DNA from: Octopus sinensis | Taxonomy: Eukaryota | Direction of reading: 5' to 3' | Length of the DNA: 64,000 nucleotides | Assembly (NCBI RefSeq): GCF_006345805.1 | Contig: NC_043001.1 | Coordinates: forward strand, 11,718,001 to 11,782,000 | Shown: piece by piece, positions 49,348 through 62,389 of the stretch | Layout: each line of letters opens with the position of its first letter | Position numbering within the stretch: the stretch's first letter is position 1 | Translations under genes and position numbers: made by a program | Notes under the pieces: generated by a model | Told to the model about the DNA's origin: nothing | Database searches by the model: none | The model's input: the letters and a program-made list of their open reading frames with translations, nothing else

Positions 49348-51317
49348 ATGTCAAATTATTTTGTTAGTATTACGTATAAATAGGTGTGTGTGTGTGTGTG
49401 TGTGGTGTGTGTGTGTGTTGTGTGTGTGTGTGTGTGTGCCTGTTTGTGTAAGTGTTTCTAACATAATGAAATATAATAAAATATTTTATGTTACATTTTT
49501 TTACGATTAACGAATAAATCCGTCATACCTGCATTATCATATTGCCGTCCTTAAGAACATTTATGAAGCAACTTCGATTAGTTCCTTTCCCAGAAAGTAG
49601 GAGTAGTTAATTGAATGTCACAAACTATTTTGAAGAGTTTACACTAGTTCAAACTATTCATTCTTTTGTATCCCCTGTTAAAGCTTAGGGTACAAATAAG
49701 TAACCTAAGCCTTAATAACTATACTAATTAAAATTGGCCCCTCTGATGGCGCATCAATCAAACGTTAATGAGATTCGCCAGTGTTAATGCTTGAAGATAT
49801 AACGCAAATAAATGATTTATATCCTTCGCGCTACACTATTAAAAATAAGAAAATTTATTTTCAGATTTCTGATAAATTTACTGGCATTGAGCAAACATAT
49901 ATACAGTGTCTACTTGAAATTCATTCCTAGCCACTAATAATGAATAAAAACCAGGCGTCTGGATATAATTTTATTGCTGCTGTCGACCGTGTTCTATGGT
50001 TGTATACTTAATATGATTAGTTTAAAAGGACTTTGAAAAAAATGTTTATCCAGTTATTCAATTATTATTTAACATGGTTCAATAAAAATGTTTTTAAAAA
50101 TATATTAATTGCCACAGTCGCCTGCAATATATTAAGCGAACAAGAGAGAGAGACAGAGACGGAGAAAGAGAGAATACAGACAGTGGGAAAGAGAGTGAGA
50201 GAGAGAGAGAGTGAGAACCAGATTGGTCTCATATATGGAATCGATGTTTATGATAGACGTTGTTTCTTATATTGCTTGACAAAATTTTTAGCCTTTCAAA
50301 ACGGTGTTCATAATTGTTGGTGTTCCTCAGATACCCAAAGAATTTATATTCTAACTGGTCATTCACCCCGTAAGTAGCGAGGGATATTATTATGCATTTT
50401 TTTTTAATTTAGAAAACCCCCTTTCCTGGGGTGGCTGCATCGATGAGGCAACTGAGAGAATGAGAACGAAATAAGCTGGAAAGTGATCGTATGGAGGTGG
50501 AGTGTAGAGAGGTCGTAAACCGTTTCCCTTCTGTTTCGATTACAACGTGTTAAGCATCACAGGGACTGGTGGGTGGAAGGATATCAGACTGGCTAGGAAG
50601 ATAGCAGAGCTTGCCTGAAGGTGGCTGCCGATCAGGTGATGAGGGCCCTTAAATGTGCTAACTGAACACAAGCTGGGACTTCAGCAATCCCGACAGGGTT
50701 ATCTGGGTGAGGTTCTCTGATTCAGAAAGACCAGAAAGAACAATGATCCAAGGAAATATTACCGAAGAAGTGTCCAGATGCATCGCAAAATGATGTATGG
50801 AAAAAATAAATTTAGTTATTTACTAAATATATAATTTAGTATAAGCGGAAGAATTTGTATATCCTTGGAAAATACAAAATTGAGAGTGAGGACATGTATT
50901 TTAGTGTTGCAGCGGCGAAAATAATCGAATGCAATATAATTGTTGTATAATAAAAGTAAATCATTTTATTGAGCAGTACAGAAAAGAAAATTTTCTTCAG
51001 CACACGGTCAATTAAATTCTTGAATACTGTTTATTAAAGATAACTAAAAAAAAGACTACTTCAAACAACTTTGATCAAGGTCATTTAGTGTGGTATGGTG
51101 CTGTATATTCAGGAGTACAACACTGAGAATTCGAAATGATCAGAGGCTCGAGAGAGAGGACGACTGTGCAAGGAGTTTCAAACTTATCATAGATTTTATG
51201 CCACTCTTGGCCTAATATGACACCTTAAAATTTACGAAGAGTAAAGATGCTAATCATGTCATCTTTGGAGACATGGGACACGAAATTATACATAAAATTT
51301 ATTAACTGAAAAATCGT

Positions 51318-51683
51318 GACACTCCGTCGATTTCGACGACGCGGCTTGCAGTAGATCCGATCTACGGAACAGCCTGCTCGTGAAATTAACGTGAAAGTGG
51401 CTGAGCACTCCACAGACACGCGTGCCCTTAACGTAGTACTCGGGGAGATTCAGCGTGACACAGTCTGTGACAAAGCTGGCCCTTTGAAATGGAGGTACAA
51501 CAGAAACACGAAGAAAGAGTGAGAGAAAGGTGTGGCGAAAGAGTACAGCAGGGTTAGCCACCAGCCCCTGCCAAAGCCTCTTGAAGCTTTGGGTGTTTTC
51601 GTTCAATAAACACTCACAACGCCCGGTCTGGGAATCGAAACCGCGAGTCCGCTGCCCTAACCACTGGGCCATTGCGCCTCCTC
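51318..51683 (-). mobile_element. SINE family C
   Basis: Reverse-complement match to 7420-7807, somewhat diverged. Confidence 0.9.
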
Positions 51684-52723
51684 CATTGAAAACTACATCT
51701 AATTTGACAGCTCGACCTTCAAATATAAAATGACTGCACGTATTTGAAATCTTGAACCGTGTATCCAACCACAGTTATAACGGTGTTTTTTTTTGTTTTT
51801 GTTTTGTTTTTATCTACTCGGCAATTTCTTATTTTCAATAAATCATTTTCAAGAGAAAAAAAGTGTACGAAATTATATATAAATAATGCTGCCGAAAAGA
51901 TTCTGTTATGAACAAAAATACAAAGCAATCATAAAAGAGGAGCAAAAAATATGCATGGAGTCTCCAGGATGGAAATAAAAAAGACGTATTCGGCGTGATT
52001 AGCTACTTATGTTATTCAATAAATATCTTATCTCAGAAATTCATCCCTAGCACAAAGATTAGTCAGTTATGATATAATCTAGTCTGACAGATTGGTATAA
52101 GGTATAAATTATCTCTTCTGGCAGTTTAATAATGTGGCAATGATTATACTTAGAAACATTTTTTTTTATTATTTTGTCAATAATTTCCTATCAGGTATTC
52201 CAATTTTGTTGGTTTTGTTTATCGACTAAACAAAATTCTTATCAATAGATTGACTGACATCGGATTTATTTACGATTGAGCACAACACATGAATATCAAC
52301 TAAATATTTTCTCACGATTAAGAGTTCAAATTCCGCCTGGGCGCACATTACTTGTTATGCTATTCTACCTGTAAGACCAATATATTTACGAGTTTCACTT
52401 GTTTAGAGTATTAAGTAATTTGTGTATAATTATAATATCAATTAATATTAATATTATAATTATAATATTATTAACTTGAACAGACACATATCAGTACATA
52501 AACATACGTTCACATGTTCATACACATGCACGCACACACACAGACACGTCTACACACTCTCCTTGATACTCACATACATAAGTACATACGTATATACTTA
52601 CATACATACATGCGTATATACATGCACACATGCATATGCATGTATACATATGCATACGCACATACATGTACACACATACATACATCAATGCATAAACACA
52701 TACATACATACGTACATATATAT

Positions 52724-53148
52724 CTATTTCTTTACTACCCACAAGGGGCTAAACACAGAGGAGACAAACAAGGACAGACAAGCGGATTAAGTCGATTACA
52801 TCGACCCCAGTGGGTAACTGGTACTTAATTTATCGACCCCGAAAGGATGAAAGGCAAAGTCGACCATGGCTGAATTTGAACTCAGAACGTAGCGGCAGAC
52901 GAAATACAGCTAAGCATTTCGCCCGGCGTGCTAACGTTTCTGCCAGCTCGCCGCCTTATACGCACATATATATCATGAACTAACGTTTGGAGTTCAAATT
53001 TCTCCGAGGTCGACTTTGCCTTTCATCCTTTCGGGGTCGATAAATAAAGTACCAGTTTCGCCCCGGGGTCAATGCAATCGACTTGTTCCCTTTGTCTGTG
53101 TTTGTTTGTCCCTTCTATGTTTAGGCGTTTGTGGGCAGTAAAGAAATA
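52724..53148. mobile_element. Head-to-head pair of family B SINEs
   Basis: Minus copy 52724-52958 and headless plus copy 52981-53148. Confidence 0.85.
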
Positions 53149-54302
53149 TATATATAATGATGTACAGGACATTACAATGTCTCTGTGAAATGAAACCATA
53201 TTCTCTAGTACTATCCGTTTCAGTTATTTCTCTATCAGGGTTTCTACGACCTTTCCACTCAGTGACCCGTGTATGTTATCCTACACGTTTCGCTGTAAGG
53301 CAGTACATTAATGTGCTTATTATGTCTGTCGTCTTTACGTGCATTTGAGCTTCTTTCCAGTTTATTTGATTCTCTTTCAAAAACACTGGTTCAATAATTT
53401 TGTAGCTCGTGTAATGAAGCTCATATTCGAAGTGAACTTATTCAATCTGCTTCATATGCAGCAACTGTTCATGATAAGAGATCTCTTGGTAAGGAAAGGA
53501 GTGATGGATACAAAAGAGGAAAACGAGAGAAAAAAATATGATTTTAGTTGGTGGTGGTGGTGGTGGAGATGTTACTGGTGAACTGAATAGAGTTGAAGAT
53601 GGTTTGTCTGGTCATCAGAGTCGTTCCCGTCGTCGTCGTCATCTCAGTCGAAACATTGGCAATGATGTTAAAGTTAATTTCTCTTTTCTCTTGTCGTCAT
53701 GCTTGCTTTTGGACTCGTTGCCAACGACGCTCTCCCTCGAGACGTGCAGCATCGGAATTCCTACTTTCGTTAAAAATAATGAATTGAAAAAACTCTTCTT
53801 GCTGGTCTTTTTATTTGTATATTTGCTGTCGTTGGTGAGGCTACAGCTGTCGGTGTTGTTGCTGTTGTTGTTGTTGTTGCTGGTGCTGTAATTGCGAATT
53901 CCTTGTTAACGTTATTGTCGGTGGTGATGATGTTGCCAGACATCCAAAAGTTTTATATTAACAAAATCTGTTTCTCCCTTGCTAACATAATTTTCTAATC
54001 AGCCAATAGTTTCAGCGGTAGAGCTATTACAACTGTCAAGGCTGCCTCTTCTCTTTCAAAATCAAGAACTGTTATTGACATTTTTATATGAGCTGATTGT
54101 TCGCTAACAGCAGCGGACGGGTGAAATACCTGTCTTTCTTAATTAAAGAAGATATTGAAAGACTGAAAATGCACAGAATGACAAAAAGGAGCTTCAGTAG
54201 AACTAGTATGCGAGAGGATAATAATTGTAATAACATTAAAAACGAAACTAGTAAGACGGTGATGAAGAAGAAGAAAAACTGGAATGATTATAATAAATTC
54301 AA

Positions 54303-54336
<34 letters not shown>

Positions 54337-54337
54337 T

Positions 54338-54750
54338 AGGCGCAGGAGTGGCTGTGTGGTAAGTAGCTTGCTAACCCACCACATGGTTCCGGGTTCAGTC
54401 CCACTGCGTGGCATCTTGGGCAAGTGTCTTCTGCTATAGCCCCGGGCCGACCAATGCCTTGTGAGTGGATTTGGTAGACGGAAACTGAAAGAAGCCTGTC
54501 GTATATATGTGTATATATATATATATAAGTGTATGTGTTTGTGTGTCTGTGTTTGTCCCCCTAGCATTGCTTGACAACCGATGCTGGTGTGTTTACGTCC
54601 CCGTCACCTAGCGGTTCGGCAAAAGAGACCGATAGAATAAGTACTGGGCTCACAAAGAATAAGTCCCGGGGTCGATTTGATCGACTAAAAGCGGTGCTCC
54701 AGCATGGCCGCAATCAAATGACTGAAACAAGTAAAAGAGTAAAGAGTAAA
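54338..54750 (+). mobile_element. SINE family A, full length, between (TAA)n tracts
   Basis: tRNA-like head (A box TGGCTGTGTGG, B box GGTTCAGTCC), CORE-like CTTGGGCAAGT, internal (TA)/(TG) microsatellite, (GAGTAAA)n tail. Confidence 0.92.
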
Positions 54751-54781
54751 GAGAGAGAGAGTAATAATAATAATAATAATA

Positions 54782-54815
<34 letters not shown>

Positions 54816-55204
54816 TTCAAATTGTTACAATAAAGGCAGCTTGGGTAGGGGTTCAAATGGTGCTTAATTTATCGACCTCCAAATGATGAAAGGCAAAGTC
54901 GACGTCGGCGGAATTAGAACTCAGAACGTAGTAGCAGACGAAATACTGCTAAGCTTTTCGCCCGGCGTGCTAACGATTCTGCCAGCCCGCCGCTTTAATT
55001 AATGATGGTACCTGGAAATCTCATGCAAGATTGATGTTTTGCAAAAAACAGGGTTATTGTACACAGCACACATCTTAACGAAATTATCTGTCTGTGGTCC
55101 TTGTTTTGATTTCACAGTTGAGCAAAGACTCCGGTGCATTCTTACCAACACTGTGTTGCGAAGGAACAATAACAACAACAACAACAATAATAATAATAGT
55201 AATA

Positions 55205-55613
55205 CTGCGAAGAGTGCTGTAAGCCAGACGTAGTCTTAATTGAGAAAGAAAACAAACTAAGCTGGATCATAGATATAGTATTCCCAGCCGACAACAAGGT
55301 ATGCGATAAGGAAGAAAGAAAAGTCGAGACATATAGGAAGTTGGCTTGGGAAGTTAAGCAGTTTTGGTCGATGAAAAAGGTAGCAGTAGTACCAATAATT
55401 GTCGGAGCCCTGGAAACAGTGAGCAAAAATCTCTAGAAGTACGTTGAACAAATAGGGACTGCAATAAGGGTGGAGCACTTGTAGAAAATAGCAGTGCTTG
55501 GAACCGTTCGAATACTCTGGAAGGTGCTCGAAAGATAAGAGGTGTTACCTGAGTTCACTGGTAATGAATAGCTGACACTGTAGTACGTCTCCAGCGTTAG
55601 AAGTTATGCAAAT

Positions 55614-55614
<1 letters not shown>
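55205..55614 (+). mobile_element. Second R4/Dong-like RLE 3' fragment within (TAA)n
   Basis: CKPDVVLIEKENKLSWIIDIVFPADNKVCDKEERKVETYRKLAWEV..PIIVGAL...LGTVRILWKVLER with stops; AAC/AAT tract upstream and TAA tract downstream. Confidence 0.82.
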
Positions 55615-55655
<41 letters not shown>

Positions 55656-55939
55656 GCTTCACTGTTTGGCACAAGACCAGTGATTGTGAGAAGAGTAGTA
55701 AGTCGTCTGCATCAATCTCAGTAACCGACTGCCTCATCTTAGCAAGGAAGGTAAATTGGACTTCGGTGGAATTTCAACCAAGAACATAACGAGTCAGAGA
55801 AATTCCAATAAGCATCGTGTCCGGCGCGCTAATGATATACGGCAACATCCACTGGTAATAATAGCAACGTAATTTGAGATGCAAAAGAAAAAAACATAAT
55901 AAGAAGCTGGGGCTGTTACAAATATCAAATTGTGTAAAA

Positions 55940-57130
55940 GATGCAATTAAGCACTCACCAATGAGAGAAGAGATAAGAAAGGAAAAGAGTGAGAGCTATC
56001 CTGGAAACCGAATTTAATGCCAAAAACCAAATTGTGACAATAAACACATCAGCCATGCACATAATCGCATACAGCTTCAATATCTTTAACTGGTTCATCT
56101 CTGGAATTTGCAAAGCCAATATCAAATCCGAAAGCTGATGACAATGCATTACATGCAGTACTCGAAAGAGGCATAACTTTAGGAAAAAGAAGACAGCCCT
56201 TATTTGTTCCACGTACTTCTCGAGATTTTGCTCTCTGTTCCCAGGGCTTCGAAAATTATTGGTACTACTGCTACCCATTTCATCAACCACAACTGCTTAA
56301 CTTCCCAAGCCAACATGTTATATGTCTCGACTTTTCTTTCTCATAGGAAATTGCACGCATGAGACATTCTGCCTACCTGCAAGAAGCAAATGGCTGAATG
56401 TTAAAGGTGGTTCTAAATGAAGAAACCAGAACATTGCACTTGGAAAGAAGAAATACGATAACATACCTTCAGGATAGGCAATAATATAGATTCAGGATGA
56501 ACCAGTAACCGAAGAATATGTCCTCGCATCTAGAAAGGCGAAGCAAACAATGAAAATTACAAAAGAAATCATTCTTCAATAAACTAAAGATAACTTGGTA
56601 CCAAAACCACTGCATGGCAAATAACCGATTGGAACTGGGGCCCTGATATAGAACAACCCATTGAGTGGAAATGCATACTTTAGCCTGAAACTGGAAACTA
56701 CGACTAGACATTACCACTGTACGCTTCTTAAAGATGGATGGCAGCCCTTCGTTTCGCATAAGAAGCGCAAATCCAGAAACAAGATATGTGTATCGATAAA
56801 ATACTTGCAAAGGGCATCTCAGTAAAAACAATTGTCAATATACTGCATATGCAACTTTCCTCGCAAAGAGAACGAGTGGGAACATAATCCATCACAAGTT
56901 GCCAACAGTGAAGATGTTACAAACCTTTGGCAGTTCAGAGTACTGACTGTACAAGAAACTGAAGCTAGCCACCAAGACACAATAGTAAAATATTATGTTG
57001 AAAACACATTATAAACGTTGGTACTCCTGCTGACAAAACACATCTCTAAAAATTTTGAGTGCTCGATCGAATATAAGGACTTGGATACAGAAATTAGAAT
57101 GTGAAATGTCAAACAACATTACTGTTGTTA
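55940..57130 (+). mobile_element. Old R4-like LINE (post-RT to RLE region) containing an inverted RLE piece at 56194-56342
   Basis: RVRAILETEFNAKNQIVTINT, W..KPLHGK, WEHNPSQVANSEDVTNLWQF peptides; the insert is reverse-complementary to 55313-55461. Confidence 0.65.
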
Positions 57131-57212
57131 TGTAAACCGAAATTCTGGTGTCTCTCAGTATGTTAATTGCAAAACAACATACAGCATACGGGTATTTATT
57201 CTCACCATATTA

Positions 57213-57982
57213 TAGATGTTTTCGATCTAATTTGAATTATTTGCCATCAAAATTGAATTTTTCAATTGGTTCTCAAGCCTTAAAAAAAGAGGGTTAAACT
57301 CCATCAGCCGTAAGGGAATACATGTCTATCTTATCTAACTCATCCAGTAGAGCCCACCAATTGATATCTGAAAAGTTCGATGAAATAACTCTGCGATAGC
57401 TTCTACCAAAAGATGGTCCATTACATCGACCCGTCTGAACAAGGGGAGATAATAAACGAATGATTCTTTTTCTATTATCTCCCCTTGATCAGACCGGTGA
57501 ACGTAACGGGGTATCTTTTGGTTGAAGCTATCGCAGTGTTCATGAGTTATTTCATCGAACTTTTCAGATATCAATTTGTAGGCTCTACTGGACGAGTTAC
57601 ATAAGTTAGACATGTATTCCATTACGACTGATGTAGTTTAACTCTCTCTCTCTTTTTTTTCAAGGCTTGAAAACCAATTGAAAAATTCAAATTTGATTGC
57701 AAAGAATTCAAATTTGATTGCAAATAATTCCAATTCGATTGCAAAGAATTCAAATTTGATTGCAAAGAATTCAAATTTGATGGCAAAGAATTCCAATTTG
57801 ATTGCAAAGAATTCAAATTTGATGGCAAAGAATTCCAATTTGATTGCAAAGAATTCAAATTTGATGGCAAAGAATTCCAATTTGATTGCAAAGAATTCAA
57901 ATTTGATGGCAAAGAATTCCAATTTGATTGCAAAGAATTCAAATTTGATGGCAAAGATTCCAAACTAGATGGAAAACATCTA
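57213..57982. mobile_element. Foldback/MITE: whole-element palindrome with a 21-bp minisatellite expanded in the right arm
   Basis: TA|TAGATGTTTTC...GAAAACATCTA|TA termini; arms pair inward to a small loop near 57463; about 13 copies of AATTC(A/C)AATTTGAT(T/G)GCAAAG at 57684-57963. Confidence 0.8.
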
Positions 57983-58180
57983 TATATCTTAATCCCTCTC
58001 TATGTAAATAGAATCTTATTCATTTAGAGTTATTATAAATTTTATAAAGAATTTTTTGTCCCAGAGACCTCAGTTTTTCAATTGCATACCACCTCACCTG
58101 TAAGCACCTTAAGGTGCCAGAACTTGTCTGTAGACGTCCCAGATTAAGACTTGTGTGCAACCTGTATAATTTATAGAAAA

Positions 58181-58422
58181 CTAGCAGTATCGGCCGGCGT
58201 TGCTCGGGTTTCTAAGGGAAATAACTATAAAGCATTTTTAGAAAGTTATAGCCAAAAAATAGAAGAAAATGCATTAAAAATGGAAAAAAAATTATGGCTC
58301 GATATAAATCACGACTATAAGATACCCGGTTTTGGTTAAACTGCACCGCAAAATGTGGGAGTAGTTAGGAATCTAAATCGTAGGAGACAGACAGCACACA
58401 ACCTTACTTTTATATATAAAGA
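58181..58422 (-). mobile_element. Non-autonomous Helitron, subfamily 2 (internally shorter)
   Basis: A|TC...hairpin...CTAG|T on minus; homologous to 48207-48503. Confidence 0.85.
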
Positions 58423-58638
58423 TGCAAAAAGAACTGAAAATTATGCGAAAATGATTGCTGGTATAACATCCAAGCAAGAAGTGGAGAAGTTTGTCTCTAC
58501 TGGTACGTCACACGCATCGAGAAGAGCTTCACTGATAATCAAACGACTACCACCGAGGGAATTTAATTTCTTTGTACTCTTAACTTCATTTAATTTTGAA
58601 AATGTAGAACCTGGTGTGTTTTACTTATTGTCCTATCA

Positions 58639-59022
58639 ATGAAGCTTGAGAGTCGGTTGGATGGAACCTACACTCACCTCCTTATGAGAGATCAAAATCT
58701 CTCGTGGAAGCGCCATCCAACCAAAATGCAAATATATGGGAAACTACCACCTGTGTCATCTCTTGTGAAAGGTAACAGAGTCCAGTTTGCTGGACATTGT
58801 TGTAGAGCTGAAAAAGAGGTAATTTCTACTCTTCTCCTCTGGAAGGCATCTACTCGCAATACCAGAGGGCGCACACTTTCCTACCCTGATGTAATCTCCA
58901 GGGATACAGGCATCCAGCAACAGGAACTCCGTAATGCCATGATGGACCGTGAAGTCTGGCGTAGCATGGTAAATTCCATTGTGTCGACCACGGTCGAACA
59001 ATGATGAATGATGATGATCAAT
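58639..59022 (+). mobile_element. RTE-clade LINE 3' end with an (ATG)n-like tail
   Basis: LESRLDGTYTHLL..NLSWKRHPT..IYGKLPPVS..VQFAGHCCR..LLLW..RGR..YPDVISRDTG..AMMDREVWR. Confidence 0.85.
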
Positions 59023-59199
59023 GTATACGGTAAGTCTGCCTTATGGGGTCGGGAAGACACTTAACAAGAAATGGAAGCAAAATTGAAAGAAGAAAATCTC
59101 AAAATAAGAATGATGATGATGATGATGAGGAAAGTGTTGATGATAAGGATTTTACCATTCAAACAAACATCAAGCCAGAACAACAAAACAGATTTGATA

Positions 59200-59420
59200 C
59201 AATATTTCCGAACAGAAATATGAGTCAATACCAGATTATTGATTTTGGTTTTCCAGGACAATACAATATATTCTAGAAAGAAATTGAAAAATTAAACGAC
59301 TGCATTGTCCTGAAGATCGATATTGCAGCTATGTGGTCAATGCAACCTACTAATATCAAGAGGATCCCATTTATCCTTGTAGCTTCGGGCTTGATACCAA
59401 TCAAATTGAGGAGCTGCTAA
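59200..59420 (+). mobile_element. RLE C-terminal relic (R4-like)
   Basis: IIDFGFPGQYNIF*KEIEKLND..LKIDIAAMW..IPFILVASGLIP aligns by eye to the 44973 ORF region; a similar C-terminal scrap lies at 58430-58560. Confidence 0.55.
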
Positions 59421-59513
59421 CTTGCGCAAGTTCAACTTGAATTACTCCTTCTTTATTCCGCAGCACACCCACCCACACATACCCTCTCACACAGACAGAC
59501 AGACGCAGGACTA

Positions 59514-59560
<47 letters not shown>

Positions 59561-59562
<2 letters not shown>

Positions 59563-60215
59563 CAACATGGGACAAGAACGCAAAACATCCGGGCAGTTCG
59601 GTGATACAAAAATGGGACAACAAAACATACAGATAGACAATACAAAGAAACAAGGACGGGTCATTCGAACTTTTCTCTCCTCAGTCAGGTACAAGATTAT
59701 CTTCGCAATTTCGGCTGATTATACTTGAGATTGCTCCAATCTTGCCAGCTCCAAGGAAAAACTAAACTAGGAGCATTCGATTCCTTGGAAGAAAGCAGCG
59801 AATGTATACAAAAAGAAGGGCGGAGAAAAAGGACAATGTTACACAACTACAAAACACAGGATATAACAACAGGTGTCTTTCGACTTAGAACGAATTAAAT
59901 CAAGCTGGCGTGTGTGGAAATAAACCCTTACGGCAGAGATACAAGTTCTCACAAACACAGGGAAGAATATCGATGTTGCACGGACAACGGCCGACCAGGA
60001 AAAAAGAACAGGCTTGTGCAGGCACCGGTCATGTGGGTAGAGAAGAGGGAGAAGAAGAAGCAGAGGGACAAAAGAATTAAGGAGGGGCGAGAAAAATGAC
60101 AGCGACAGAGTGAAGTGAAAAGTGGAGGGAAAGTGAGTAAGAAGAGAAGGCAAACAAATGTGAAAGAGGGGGAACGAAAGAACGAAGAGTGGAATGAACG
60201 AATAAATAGACAAAA
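59561..60215 (-). mobile_element. Family F, second copy in (TA)n
   Basis: Reverse complement is collinear with 34720-35330. Confidence 0.7.
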
Positions 60216-60272
<57 letters not shown>

Positions 60273-60282
60273 CATATATACA

Positions 60283-60356
<74 letters not shown>

Positions 60357-60399
60357 ACACAAATGCATACTCACGTACATACATAAAAACTCATATGCA

Positions 60400-60780
60400 G
60401 GTGTGCCTGTGAGGTAAATAACTTCCTTACCAACCACATGGTTCCGTGTTTAATCCCACAGCATGACACCTTGGGCAAGTGTCTTCTGCTATAGCCTCGG
60501 GCCGACCAAAGCCTTGTGAGTGGATTAGGTAGACGGAAACTGAAAGAAGCCCGTCGTATACATATATGTGTGCCTTTGTATGTATCTATCCGTCTGTTTC
60601 TGTGTCTGTGTTTGTGTCCCCAACATCACTTGACAACTAGTGCTGGTACGACAAAAGTGACTGATAAATAAGTACTAGGCTGACAAAGAATAGGTCCTGG
60701 GGAGGATTTACTCGGCCAAATGCGTTGCTCCAGCATAGCCGCACGGCCACAGTCAAATGACTGAAACAAATGAAAGAATA
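60400..60780 (+). mobile_element. SINE family A, older copy
   Basis: CCAACCACATGGTTCCG..CTTGGGCAAGTGTCTT..GACGGAAACTGAAAGAAGCC..AATGACTGAAACAA. Confidence 0.85.
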
Positions 60781-61584
60781 ACAGAATATATATATGTGTG
60801 CGTGTGTCGTTTCGTGTGTGTGTGTGTGTTTGTATGTGTGTGTGTGTTTGTGTTTATGTATGTTTGTGTGTGTGTGCGTTTATGTGTGTGTGTGTTTGTG
60901 CGTGTGTGTTTGCGTGTGTGTTTGTGTGTGTGTGTTTGTGTGTGTATGTGTGTGTATGTTTTTGTGTTCGTCCCTCATCACCTTTCATAACCGATGCTTT
61001 CTTCCTTATCATGCTATAACTTCGCGGTTCCATGAAAGACTCGTAGAATCAGTACCAGAGTTAAAAGCTAAGTACTGAAGATGATTTGTCCCAATAAAAC
61101 TCTGAGACCGATGCCATAAGATGGCAGCACTTCGATGACTGAAAGAACTGAATAATAAAATACAAAATATTCTTATTAATTTTGCACATTCCATCCATAT
61201 TCATTTCCATTTTATGCTTACGATTGTATATATATTTTTTTATTTCTAACGCAATGCAGCACTTTTCTTCATAAACATTTATATCACGCGTACAGCAAAC
61301 AAATATTTCAGTTTTATGTCACGTACATACTATTTATCATATACGTACGAGTGTTTTTCTTCGCTTTGACGCAGACCGTTTTTGTTATATGTTGGCAGCA
61401 TCGCAGGCGTTTGAAAGTGTTGGTAGAGACATGTCGTCTCTTAGAATATGTCATAGGTAACGGCTCGGCAAGCAATTGCGGAAGATAACGAAATGAAAGA
61501 AAGAAACCAAAAGAGGAAGAGGAAGAAAAAAGGAGAGAAAGAAGAGAAGGAAGTAGATAATGGTCATGATGGCGATGATGATGA

Positions 61585-61773
<189 letters not shown>

Positions 61774-62084
61774 GGCGAGAACACTACAGATTTCTCTGGT
61801 CGGTCATACAAACGCTCATCATTATAGAAAATGTAAAAAACTTTTATATATACAATTTTCTGTGAAAATTTTATTCTTCTTTTATTTCCTTTCCTTTCTC
61901 CCTTGATATTCGAGAACATAAAGATCATTTTTATTGCAAGAACATTACAGTTTTGTCCGGCCGGACATACAAAGGAGCATCTTTAGAAAATTTAAAAAAT
62001 TTAATATCAGTAACTTTCTGTGCAAATTTTACTCTTCTTTTCTCCCTGACTACTCGAATATGTAAACATACCTTTTTTATTATT

Positions 62085-62389
62085 TATTTATGCGTCCTTT
62101 TCAACCCTAGCCAGGCTCATGGGCCCGGTTTCACGGTTTCTGAGGCGTATGTATTGCCCCCACCTGGACGGACGCCAGTCCATCGCAGTGTTACTCAAGG
62201 AACAGGAAAAGAGAGTGAGAGAAAGTTGGGGCGAAAGATTACAACAGGGGTGCCCCCACCCGCTGCCGGGGCCTCGTGCAGCTTTAGGTGTTTTCGCTCA
62301 AAAAACACACACAACGCCTGGTCTGGGAATCGAAACTGCAATCTCCAGCCGCGAGTCCGCTGCCCTAACCACTGGGTGAATGTGCCTCC
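62085..62389 (-). mobile_element. SINE with a family C 5' half but a different 3' half
   Basis: Head and TTGAGCGAAAACACCTAAAGC shared with family C; 3' part (plus strand CCTGGACGGACGCCAGTCCATCGCAG) is absent from other C copies. Confidence 0.75.

Noticed and set aside
57684-57963. CRISPR-like array
   Set aside because: 21-bp units are contiguous with no unique spacers; eukaryotic context; it is a minisatellite inside a foldback element.
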